NCBI GenBank assembly: GCA_947166625.1 | Contig: CAMVEX010000016.1 | Coordinates: forward strand, 2,414 to 66,413 | DNA: 64,000 bases | From: an uncultured Clostridia bacterium | Lineage (GTDB): Bacteria; Bacillota; Clostridia; Oscillospirales; Acutalibacteraceae | Direction: 5' to 3' | Part shown: positions 8,964-17,430 of the stretch, piece after piece | How positions within the stretch are numbered: position 1 is the stretch's first letter | How the letters are laid out: each line of letters starts with the position of its first letter | The notes under the pieces: model-generated | What the model saw: only the letters and a program-made list of their open reading frames with translations | What the model was told of the DNA's origin: nothing | Databases searched by the model: none | Translations under genes and position numbers: made by a program

Positions 8964-9133
8964 CGGGATCGCCTCGCGAAGCGCGTAATACAGCCTTTTT
9001 TCGGGGGTGTTCAGCGCCGTGAATCCGTATTCGCGCGGCGGTTCAAATCCGCTCTGAGAGGGGATCGCGAGAGTGACGGCTCCCGTGCGCTCCCGCTCCT
9101 TCTTTTTCTTAAAAATTCCGATCTGAAATCACT

Positions 9134-10465
9134 TCACTTTCTGTCAACGCTCATCGCGAAAAATCCGCTCTCCGCCTTAGAGGAAAATACAGCCGAAACA
9201 AAATAGCGGATATCATCCATCGCGTGATCGTTTTCTTTGATAACGGAGTCATCCGAGCTTTTTTCATTCCAGCGGTAGAGCCCGAATTCCCTTATCGTAT
9301 CCCTGCATGAGGGGCATATCGCGATCTTCCCGCTTCTGAGCGCGTCCTGCACACGCCTTATGCCTCCTATCACATCGTTATCCGCGGGTATCACCGTGAA
9401 TTTACCCTCGCGCCTTATATACTCTATGAAACTCGCCGCCGAGGGGTCAACGATAACGCATTCGATATTCCTGCCGCGCGCAAGCCCGCAAAGCGCCTCA
9501 TAATGCTCGCCGTCCGTGCGCCTCACTCCGGTAATGCGGCTGTCGTAATAGTATTCGCCGAGCCTGTACCACACGCCGGAGCAGTATCCCCAGAGCCCGA
9601 AGGATGAGGGATTCACCGTTCCGTAATCGCAGGAAATCATAAAGCGCGAGCATTCGCCGGGAGGCTGAGAAACATTGTTTTCACGCGAAAACATCGGGTA
9701 AACGCAGCCCCTCGCCGCCACCCATTTGCCGAGGATGTAGCGCTCTCTGAAAACTCCCGTGTAAAGCCTCTCATATCTTGCGAGAACGGCGGGCGAGAGC
9801 GAGGGATTGTCGCTCATCACAAAGTGGATATAGAGCATATTCTTTTCCTCCGCCCTGTTTATCCACTCCTCGCGAAACCAGTGCATCGGGTGCTCCGGGT
9901 TGCAGTTAAACCAGAATTTCGCGCCCTCGGCCGAGCATCTCGCGAGAGCCTGATCCGTAAAGGAGCGGGGCATGAGCGCGACCTCATCGAGCATCACCCC
10001 GCCCAGGGTCATTCCCTGTATCAGCGATGCGGAGCTTTCATCCCTGCCGCCGAAAACAGAGAATTTATTGCGGTGCCCGAATGCCGTCACCTCAAATTCA
10101 TTCCGGCTCACGCTCTCTTTTATCGAGAATCCGAGCGAGCGCAAAACAGGAAAAACGGGTGTGGTGATATTCCTGCGAACGGAAGAGATCGTCTTGCCGC
10201 AGATCGCAAACTGCGCGCCGCTGAACCCGCACATTGCCCAGCTTATGAACGAAACCGTCATGCAGAGCGTCTTTCCGCTCCTCACCGCGCCGTCGCAGAT
10301 GATCCCGTCCCTGTCCCTGTCCGGTGAAGAGGGCGTCCACCAGTTGAGGACCTTCATCTGCTTTTTTGAAAAGGATCTGAATGAATTACCCGCCGTATTC
10401 ATCGCAGTCATCCCCGTCATCCGCCGTGCAGGCGGCGCTCCTCGTGAGAGCTTACAGGAATCCAC
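9134..10465 (-). CDS. terL: Terminase large subunit
   Basis: The Walker A-like motif CDGAVRSGKT and a C-terminal nuclease region (HAMDDIRYF) are present. The alternative ATG starts at 10420, 10411 and 10402 would not overlap terS. Confidence 0.85.
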   Translation of the reverse strand: MDSCKLSRGAPPARRMTGMTAMNTAGNSFRSFSKKQMKVLNWWTPSSPDRDRDGIICDGAVRSGKTLCMTVSFISWAMCGFSGAQFAICGKTISSVRRNITTPVFPVLRSLGFSIKESVSRNEFEVTAFGHRNKFSVFGGRDESSASLIQGMTLGGVMLDEVALMPRSFTDQALARCSAEGAKFWFNCNPEHPMHWFREEWINRAEEKNMLYIHFVMSDNPSLSPAVLARYERLYTGVFRERYILGKWVAARGCVYPMFSRENNVSQPPGECSRFMISCDYGTVNPSSFGLWGYCSGVWYRLGEYYYDSRITGVRRTDGEHYEALCGLARGRNIECVIVDPSAASFIEYIRREGKFTVIPADNDVIGGIRRVQDALRSGKIAICPSCRDTIREFGLYRWNEKSSDDSVIKENDHAMDDIRYFVSAVFSSKAESGFFAMSVDRK

Positions 10466-10727
10466 TGCCCGAATCGCCCTGCTCCGCGCTCATTCCCGCA
10501 AGAAGCTGAAGCGCTTTGAGACGGTCGTAGAATTTTATCTCGGATATGCCCTGCCCCGTCCTTTTGAGCGAGGCAACGGAGAAGGTGTCGAGCCTCTTGA
10601 GCCTGCACGGGCTCAGGGATTCCGAATGAAGCAGCAGCTTTATCGCGTCCGCACAGCTCCCGAAGGCTATCCTCCTCAGCCCCTCCTCGATTTCATTCCG
10701 CAGGACGGGGCGCTTTTCATTTTCCAT
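10452..10727 (-). CDS. terS: Terminase small subunit-like protein
   Basis: A 91-aa ORF immediately upstream of terL, with a C-terminal DRLKALQLL-type motif. AAAGGAG lies upstream of the ATG. Confidence 0.6.
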   Translation of the reverse strand: MENEKRPVLRNEIEEGLRRIAFGSCADAIKLLLHSESLSPCRLKRLDTFSVASLKRTGQGISEIKFYDRLKALQLLAGMSAEQGDSGSGFL

Positions 10728-10962
10728 CGAATCACTCCTTTCGGCTGTATGCCCTCAACCAACACCGAAAATCAAAAAAATCGCAACACGAATACATTGC
10801 GTTTTTACAGGCACCCTCTACCGATTGCAGGAGGAGAATGTACCGCATCCCGTTTATTCGTTAACACCCTTTATTGATTAAATGGGGGTAATGTGATTCC
10901 TCCCGGTAGCGAGATTTGTGTTTTTACCGTGCAATCTTGATTATTTACAAGTATTTCACATC

Positions 10963-10987
10963 GTAGGGGCGGATATCATCCGCCCGC
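10963..10987 (+). repeat. Hairpin A copy 2
   Basis: GGGCGGAT atc ATCCGCCC, with stems at 10967-10974 and 10978-10985. Confidence 0.9.
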
Positions 10988-11385
10988 TTTTTTATTGTCA
11001 CCCGATACTGATTGCGAAAGGCAAATGCAACTCATCCCGTGGATGAATCTCATCTCATAGCCCTCTCCGAGACAGGGGCGAACCGCCGAAGCGCCGCCGG
11101 TGGCGGATGAAGCGAGCATTTGTTGGCGCAGCGGTCGGAAAGCGAGCCGCGAAGCGGCGAGTCTCCGGGCACCGCAAGAGGGCACGAGTGAGGTGAAGAA
11201 ACAAGGAGCAATGCGCAGCGCTTCAAGCAAGCAGTGCGACTATGTTTCTGAGGGGGCAGGTGCCCCGAAGGGGCGAGTGTGGCGATTGGATATTAAGACA
11301 ATACATAACAGATTTCAGGTATTACTTATCACAATAATCAATAAAAGTTTCCCTTGAAGCATAAGGCTTTTCGCCTTTGATTGCC

Positions 11386-11410
11386 GTAGGGGCGGATATT
11401 ATCCGCCCGC
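11386..11410 (+). repeat. Hairpin A copy 3
   Basis: GGGCGGATA t TATCCGCCC at 11390-11408. Confidence 0.9.
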
Positions 11411-11496
11411 TTTTTATTGTCACCCGATACCGAGCGGGTAAGGGTGATATACCCCATCCCGTAAGCGATCAATATGTTTGGAGTGTGTTTTTCAAT

Positions 11497-11619
11497 GATA
11501 TGCGGAGCATACATAATCAGTAATTTCGGGTCGCTTCGCTCCGATTATATCGCCACACCCGTCTCGGCTACGCCTCGCCACCCTCTCCGATCTCGGAGAG
11601 GGCCAATGCTCCGCATATC
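11497..11619 (-). mobile_element. MITE-like 123-bp unit (modules B-C-D) bounded by 14-nt inverted repeats
   Basis: GATATGCGGAGCAT at 11497-11510 is the exact reverse complement of ATGCTCCGCATATC at 11606-11619. The interior holds the GCGAAGC segment, GGGTGTGGCGAT (reverse complement) and hairpin B. Confidence 0.6.
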
Positions 11620-11624
11620 CTGTC

Positions 11625-11650
11625 GGCGGGCGACAGATTGTCGCCCCTAC
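11625..11650 (-). repeat. Hairpin A copy 4 (variant stem)
   Basis: GGGCGACA gat TGTCGCCC at 11628-11646. The flanks match the other A copies but the inner stem carries compensated changes. Confidence 0.9.
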
Positions 11651-11896
11651 GATGTCAAATACTTGTAAATAGTCAAAATTACACAAAAATGGAAATCTCA
11701 CGGTCGGGCTGAATCATATTGCTTGGTTTCCAATCGCTAAAAGGTTTAAACGAATATACAGGACGAATCACAATACCCTTACATAATCAGCAAAGGGCGC
11801 AAACACATACACCCTCCAACCAACCGCTCATCCCCGGGATGAATCACATTTCCCTCCCCCGCTCGGTAACGGGTGAATATAAAAATAAAATTTGTG

Positions 11897-11925
11897 TTGA
11901 CATTTGCGGAAAATACATATAATAT
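11897..11925 (+). promoter_or_regulatory. Putative sigma-A promoter for the methyltransferase-dprA operon
   Basis: TTGACA (11897-11902), a 17-nt spacer, then TAATAT (11920-11925), 13 nt upstream of the ORF start. Confidence 0.5.
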
Positions 11926-11938
11926 AAATTAAATTAAA

Positions 11939-12736
11939 ATGGAGGTGAGCGCCGTTTTGGAGAGGATAAGCGCTGCAAGCAACGAAAAAATCAAATATGC
12001 CGCCGCGCTTGCGTCTTCCGCGTCGAAGCGGAGAGAAAACGGCGAGTTTCTGCTTGAGGGCGCGCGAATCTGCGCCGACGCCGCCGAAAACGGGGTCGCG
12101 GTAGTCAGGGCGTTTTTCACGGGCGAAGCCCTCGGCTCATATTCCTCCTATATTTCAAAAATCGAGGCGGTCTGCCGCGAATGTTATGAAATTAGTCCGC
12201 AGGCGGCGCGCAGGCTGTCATCAACCGATTCAACGCAGGGCGTATTCTGCGTGTGCAGGGCGGGCGTTTCCTCTTTCTCGTTAAAGCCGGGCGGGGTCTA
12301 TCTCGCTCTCGAAAATATACAGGATCCCTCAAATATCGGGGCGATATGCAGGAGTGCGGAGGCAGTCGGTATCGACGGCCTGATCATCTCGGGCGGATGC
12401 GATATCCATAATCCGAAGGCTCTGCGCGCCGCGATGGGCTCCTCTCTGAGAATCCCCATAATGACGACCGACAGTTTGATTTCATATATCCGTGAGGCGG
12501 AGGGCTTCACCTCTCTCGCCTGCGTTCCCGCGGCAGACGCCGGGGATATCCGCGAGATCTCGCGTGAATTTCCGCGCGGCGGGATCATCTGCTGCATAGG
12601 CAACGAAGGAAACGGGCTGACTCATGAGCTGATAACCGCCTGCGACCGCAGGGTCACGATCCCGATGAAGGGCAAAGCGGAATCGCTCAACGCATCCGCC
12701 GCCGCCGCGATAATCGCCTGGGAGCTGAAAAGATGA
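11939..12736 (+). CDS. TrmH/SpoU-family RNA 2'-O-methyltransferase
   Basis: SpoU motifs are present: NIQDPSNIGAICRSAEAVG, GNEGNGLT and ESLNASAAAAI. The true start may be the in-frame TTG at 11957, which follows GGAGG. Confidence 0.85.
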   Translation: MEVSAVLERISAASNEKIKYAAALASSASKRRENGEFLLEGARICADAAENGVAVVRAFFTGEALGSYSSYISKIEAVCRECYEISPQAARRLSSTDSTQGVFCVCRAGVSSFSLKPGGVYLALENIQDPSNIGAICRSAEAVGIDGLIISGGCDIHNPKALRAAMGSSLRIPIMTTDSLISYIREAEGFTSLACVPAADAGDIREISREFPRGGIICCIGNEGNGLTHELITACDRRVTIPMKGKAESLNASAAAAIIAWELKR

Positions 12737-13878
12737 AAAACGATAAATACTGGATCTGGCTTTCAAGCGCTCTCGGAGCCGGCGCGAGGACGGATGAGAT
12801 CCTCGGAGCCTATCCCGACCCTGAGCAGCTTTATCTCGCCGGGAGGACGGAGAGGACTGTCTCCGGAGTATTCACAAAGGCGCGTCTTGACCGCCTCGAA
12901 GCGGAAAAACTGAGCGGCGCCGAAAGGATCCTCGAGATCTGCGAAAAAAACGGGTGGCGGGCAGTCACCCCCGAAAACCCGGATTACCCCGCCGACCTGC
13001 TCGGCCTCACCGATATGCCGCTCGTGCTCTATGTTGACGGCGACATCGCCTGCCTTAAAGGGAAGATCGGCATAGGCGTCGTCGGCACAAGGCAGCCGAC
13101 TTACGACAGCACCGCCATAGCGAAGCAACTCAGCTCTGATATGGCAAAATGCGGAGCGGTAATAGTCAGCGGAGGCGCGCTCGGGATTGACTCCGCAGCC
13201 CACGAAGGGGCGCTCGCCGCGGGCGGAAAGACGGTCTGCGTGCTCGGGTGCGGTCTCGGCACAAAATATCTTATGCAAAATGAGCCGATGAGAAGGGAAA
13301 TCGCCTCAAGCGGAGCAGTCGTTTCCGAATTCCCGCCGCTGAGCGAAGCGAGCATGCGCACATTCCCGATAAGAAACAGGATTATTTCGGGCATGAGCAA
13401 GGGAGTCCTCGTGGTGGAAGCGGGCGAAAAAAGCGGCTCACTCATCACCGCAAACTGCGCTCTCAATCAGGGCAAAGAGGTCTTTGCGGTGCCGGGCAGC
13501 ATCCTCACATCGTCATATAAAGGCGCGAATACTCTTATCAGAGACGGCGCCGCGGCGGTCACCTGCGCGGATGATATTCTGCGTGTGTTTGACGGCATTT
13601 ATCCCGGAGCCCTCGATCTGAGCGGCAATTCGGGGAAGCTTCCCGAGGCGCGCAGGCGCAGGGGAGATAAAAAGATAAATTCAAAGCGACCCCTGCCTCC
13701 CGATTTCGGGGAGGACGCCGCAAAGATATATTCTCTGCTCGGCATCGAGCCGGTGCATCCCGATGAGCTGTGCGCTGCCGCGGGGCTCTCTCCCTCAAAG
13801 GTGAGCGCGGCGCTCACAAAGCTTGAGCTCGGCGGATTCGCAGAGCAGACAGAAGGTAAAAACTATATCCTTTCATAG
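12733..13878 (+). CDS. dprA: DNA processing protein DprA
   Basis: Rossmann-like core motifs GTRQPT, VSGGALGIDSAAHEGAL and SGSLITA are present. The start overlaps the upstream gene by 4 nt. Confidence 0.9.
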   Translation: MKNDKYWIWLSSALGAGARTDEILGAYPDPEQLYLAGRTERTVSGVFTKARLDRLEAEKLSGAERILEICEKNGWRAVTPENPDYPADLLGLTDMPLVLYVDGDIACLKGKIGIGVVGTRQPTYDSTAIAKQLSSDMAKCGAVIVSGGALGIDSAAHEGALAAGGKTVCVLGCGLGTKYLMQNEPMRREIASSGAVVSEFPPLSEASMRTFPIRNRIISGMSKGVLVVEAGEKSGSLITANCALNQGKEVFAVPGSILTSSYKGANTLIRDGAAAVTCADDILRVFDGIYPGALDLSGNSGKLPEARRRRGDKKINSKRPLPPDFGEDAAKIYSLLGIEPVHPDELCAAAGLSPSKVSAALTKLELGGFAEQTEGKNYILS

Positions 13879-13888
13879 GAGATTCAAT

Positions 13889-15997
13889 ATGTCAAAATTA
13901 GTAATCGTAGAGTCGCCCGCGAAGGCGAAAACAATCAAAAAATATCTCGGCAGCGGCTATGAGGTGGTCGCCTCAAAAGGCCATGTGAGAGATCTTCCCG
14001 ACAGGACCCTCAGCGTCGATGTCAAAAACAATTATGAGCCGAAATATGAGATAATTCCCGAAAAGGAAAATCTTGTTAAGCAGCTCACCGAAAAGGCGCG
14101 CAAGGCGGACGAAGTTTATCTCGCGACGGACCCGGACCGTGAGGGCGAGGGCATATCATGGCATCTCGCGAGCGTGCTCGGCCTCGATCTCGGTCAGCCC
14201 AACAGAGTTACATTCAATGAGATTACAAAAAGCGGAGTCAAGACGGGAATGGCAAATCCCCGTAAGGTGGATATGGATCTCGTAAACGCCCAGCAGGCGC
14301 GCAGGATCCTCGACCGCCTCGTGGGCTATACACTCAGCCCCTTCGTTTCTCAAAAGATAAAGCCCCGCCTCTCCGCCGGCAGAGTTCAGAGCGTCGCTCT
14401 GCGCCTGATCGTTGACAGAGAAGAGGAAATAAATAAATTCGTGCCCGAGGAATACTGGTCGGTTGAAGCGAAATTCATGACCGAGGGCAAAAAGATATTC
14501 AAGGCAAGCCTCGATTACGATGAAAACGGCAAGGTCAAAATAAAGACCGGCTCCGAGGCGCAGGATTATGTCGATCGCCTCACCGGCTCGGATTTCACGG
14601 TGGAATCCGTCAAAAAGGGAGTTAAAAATCAAAAATCCGCTCCCCCGTTCACTACCTCCACCCTCCAGCAGGAGGCGTCCAAAAAGCTCGGCTTCCAGGC
14701 CTCGCGCACGATGCGCACCGCTCAGGAGCTTTATGAGGGCGTCGATGTTTCGGGTCACGGCAGTATCGGTCTTATCACCTATATGAGAACGGACTCCCTG
14801 CGTATCTCTGAGGAGGCGAGAGCCGAAGGCACAGAATTCATACGCGCAAATTACGGCAGCGAATACATCCCCGCAAAGCCGAATTATTATAAATCCCGCG
14901 CCAACGCGCAGGACGGCCACGAGGCTATAAGACCTTCCACCCCGTCCATCACCCCCGATTCGGTCGCGAAGGATCTCACCCCCGATCAGTTAAAGCTTTA
15001 CACACTTATATGGCGCAGATTCATCGCCTGCCTTATGGCGCCCTGCGTGATGAATACAGTCAAAGTCGAGATCAGATCCTCAAAGAGCGGCGACGAGGGC
15101 AGATTCTGCATATTGAACGCCACCGGCTCAACGGTCAAATTCGAGGGCTTTACAAAGGTATATGAGCTGCCCGAGGATGTGCTCACGAAGAACGCCCTGC
15201 CCGAAATATCTCAGGGCGAAAAACTGAAGCTCAAAGAGATCTCACCCGATCAGCATTTCACTCAGCCGCCCGCGAGATTTACCGAGGCCTCGCTCATCAA
15301 GGAGCTTGAAGAAAACGGGGTCGGCAGACCCTCCACCTACGCCTCGATAATTTCGACCATAACGGGCAAGGAATATGTCGTTCGCCGCCAGAAGCAGCTT
15401 GTGCCGACGGAGCTCGGCGTCGCGATAACGAACCTGCTCAAAGAGAGATTCCCCAAGATAGTCAATACAAAATTCACCGCCCGTATGGAGAGCGACCTTG
15501 ACGAGGTCGGAAGCGGAAAGACGGATTATATCGCGATGCTCGATGAATTCTATCCTGAGCTCAAGGATTCCGTCGATAAAGCGAGGGCGGATATGCGCGG
15601 CCAAAAGATTCATCTTTCCGATGAAGAGACGGACGAGGTCTGTGAGATATGCGGCAAGCCCATGACGGTGCGCACCGGCAGATTCGGCAGATTCCTCGGC
15701 TGCTCCGGCTACCCCGAATGTAAAAACATCAAGCCCTTTGTCGTGGGCAAGGGTCTCTGCCCCGTCTGCGGCGGCGATCTGATCGAGAAGCGCTCGGGCA
15801 AGGGCCATATATTCTACGGCTGCGCCAATTATCCCGAATGCCGCTTCGCCTGCTGGGACGCACCGAACGGCGAAACCTGCGAAAAATGCGGCAAGGCAAT
15901 GCTCGCCCCCAAAAACGGCAAGCCCTATTGCAGCAACGAAGACTGTGAAAATCACAAACACACCGTAAGAAGAGCTTATGGAAAAAAGAAAGGTTAA
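13889..15997 (+). CDS. topA: DNA topoisomerase I
   Basis: The ATG at 13889 gives MSKLVIVESPAKAKTIKKYLG (TOPRIM). Several C-terminal Cys4 zinc ribbons are present. The track start at 13823 overlaps dprA and is unlikely. Confidence 0.93.
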   Translation: MSKLVIVESPAKAKTIKKYLGSGYEVVASKGHVRDLPDRTLSVDVKNNYEPKYEIIPEKENLVKQLTEKARKADEVYLATDPDREGEGISWHLASVLGLDLGQPNRVTFNEITKSGVKTGMANPRKVDMDLVNAQQARRILDRLVGYTLSPFVSQKIKPRLSAGRVQSVALRLIVDREEEINKFVPEEYWSVEAKFMTEGKKIFKASLDYDENGKVKIKTGSEAQDYVDRLTGSDFTVESVKKGVKNQKSAPPFTTSTLQQEASKKLGFQASRTMRTAQELYEGVDVSGHGSIGLITYMRTDSLRISEEARAEGTEFIRANYGSEYIPAKPNYYKSRANAQDGHEAIRPSTPSITPDSVAKDLTPDQLKLYTLIWRRFIACLMAPCVMNTVKVEIRSSKSGDEGRFCILNATGSTVKFEGFTKVYELPEDVLTKNALPEISQGEKLKLKEISPDQHFTQPPARFTEASLIKELEENGVGRPSTYASIISTITGKEYVVRRQKQLVPTELGVAITNLLKERFPKIVNTKFTARMESDLDEVGSGKTDYIAMLDEFYPELKDSVDKARADMRGQKIHLSDEETDEVCEICGKPMTVRTGRFGRFLGCSGYPECKNIKPFVVGKGLCPVCGGDLIEKRSGKGHIFYGCANYPECRFACWDAPNGETCEKCGKAMLAPKNGKPYCSNEDCENHKHTVRRAYGKKKG

Positions 15998-17309
15998 AAT
16001 AATCGGCGCGGGCTTCGCCGGATGCGAGGCGGCGTGGCAGCTCGCTTCGAGGGGCATTGAAACGGAGCTTTATGAAATGAAGCCCGTCAGATTCTCGCCC
16101 GCCCATTCAAACGCCGATCTGTGCGAACTCGTCTGCTCAAATTCATTCAAGGCGATGCGCGTTGAGAGCGCCGCGGGGATGATGAAGGCAGAGATGAAAA
16201 TGCTCGGCTCGCTCTGCATAGAATGCGCGGAAAAAACTTCCGTACCCGCAGGGGGAGCGCTCGCGGTTGACAGAGATAAATTCTCGGCGCTCGTCACCGA
16301 AAAAATAAACGGCAACCCGCTCATCACTCTTATCCGCGGGGAGGTCACGGAGATACCCGAAGGCCCCGTCATAATCGCGGCGGGCCCTCTCGCGAGCGAA
16401 AAGCTCAGCGAAAAAATCGCGGAGCTCTGCGGCGGAAGCCTCAGCTTCTATGACGCCGCCGCCCCGATAGTGACCGCGGAGAGCATCGACCTCGGCAGGG
16501 CATTCATGCAGTCCCGCTACGGCAGGGGCGACGCGGATGATTATATCAACTGCCCGATGAATAAAGAGGAATATGACAGATTTTATGACGCGCTCATAAC
16601 CGCCGAGAGCGCCGATACCCATTCATTCGATAAGCGGCGCGATGTCTATGAGGGCTGTATGCCCGTTGAGGTAATGGCGTCGAGGGGCAGGGATACCATA
16701 AGATTCGGCCCCATGAAGCCCGCCGGGCTGACGGACCCCGCAACGGGTCACCGCCCCTGGGCAAATCTCCAGCTTCGCAAAGAAAACAGAGAGGGCACGA
16801 TGTATAATCTCGTCGGCTTTCAGACCAATCTCAAATTCGGCGAGCAAAAGAGAGTTTTTTCAATGATCCCCGCTCTGCAAAATGCGGAATTCGTGAGATA
16901 CGGAGTTATGCACCGCAACACCTTTATCGACTCCCCTCGCCTGCTCGATCCCGATTTTTCATTCAGGAGCCGCCCGGAACTGTTTTTTGCCGGGCAGATA
17001 ACGGGCGTTGAGGGATATATGGAGAGCGCGATGTCCGGCATTCTCGCCGGGATCAACGCCGCAAACAGGCTTGAGGGCAAAGAGGCGTTCATACCGCCCT
17101 CAGATACGATTTGCGGAGCCCTCGCGCGATATGCGGCGGATGAAAGCATAAAGAATTTTCAGCCGATGGGCGCGGCTTTCGGGCTGCTGCCGCCGCTTGA
17201 AACCAAGATCAGAGATAAAAAAGAGAGGTATTCCCGCCTCGCGGCGAGAGGGCTCGCCTCTCTGGAAGATATGATCCGCGCCTCCGGCCGGAATTTTAAC
17301 GGAGAATAA
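15978..17309 (+). CDS. trmFO: Methylenetetrahydrofolate-tRNA-(uracil-5-)-methyltransferase TrmFO
   Basis: The N-terminus VKIIGAGFAGCEAAWQLA (FAD fold) is present, and the topA-trmFO gene order is the conserved Firmicute arrangement. Confidence 0.9.
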   Translation: MEKRKVKIIGAGFAGCEAAWQLASRGIETELYEMKPVRFSPAHSNADLCELVCSNSFKAMRVESAAGMMKAEMKMLGSLCIECAEKTSVPAGGALAVDRDKFSALVTEKINGNPLITLIRGEVTEIPEGPVIIAAGPLASEKLSEKIAELCGGSLSFYDAAAPIVTAESIDLGRAFMQSRYGRGDADDYINCPMNKEEYDRFYDALITAESADTHSFDKRRDVYEGCMPVEVMASRGRDTIRFGPMKPAGLTDPATGHRPWANLQLRKENREGTMYNLVGFQTNLKFGEQKRVFSMIPALQNAEFVRYGVMHRNTFIDSPRLLDPDFSFRSRPELFFAGQITGVEGYMESAMSGILAGINAANRLEGKEAFIPPSDTICGALARYAADESIKNFQPMGAAFGLLPPLETKIRDKKERYSRLAARGLASLEDMIRASGRNFNGE

Positions 17310-17430
17310 ACGGCGGATAAAATTGAAGAATTATAAATCGTAAACCGTAAAATTGTAAGATGAAATCGTAAAACACAAGGAAAACGCCGATTAAACCGGT
17401 GTTTCCCGCCGAAAAAGGGAGGTAATCTGT

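Larger units (their letters stand above)
4245..10727 (-). mobile_element. Phage-derived head, packaging and neck module with no tail, lysis, integration or replication genes
   Basis: Nine co-directional ORFs are tightly packed or overlapping, in canonical order from terS to connector-size ORFs. The flanks are ptsH on the left and repeat cluster R2 followed by the TrmH-family gene, dprA and topA on the right. Confidence 0.75.
10800..11885. repeat. Repeat cluster R2: a plus-oriented arm and a minus-oriented near-complete composite copy
   Basis: E units start near 10808, 10861, 10993 and 11413 on the plus strand. Three more lie on the minus strand between 11700 and 11885. Hairpin A copies are at 10963-10987, 11386-11410 and 11625-11650. 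Hairpin B is at 11061-11076 (interrupted by insert X, 11077-11249) and at 11581-11602. Confidence 0.85.

Noticed and set aside
4245-10727. Calling the phage-like region a complete or recently integrated prophage.
   Set aside because: There are no integrase, repressor, replication, tail or lysis genes, no tRNA target, and no obvious att direct repeats at the borders. Only the head, packaging and neck module is present.
13823-13888. The N-terminal extension of topA given by the ORF track (start at 13823).
   Set aside because: It overlaps the end of dprA, and the added residues are not topoisomerase-like. The canonical TOPRIM N-terminus MSKLVIVESPAKA begins at 13889.
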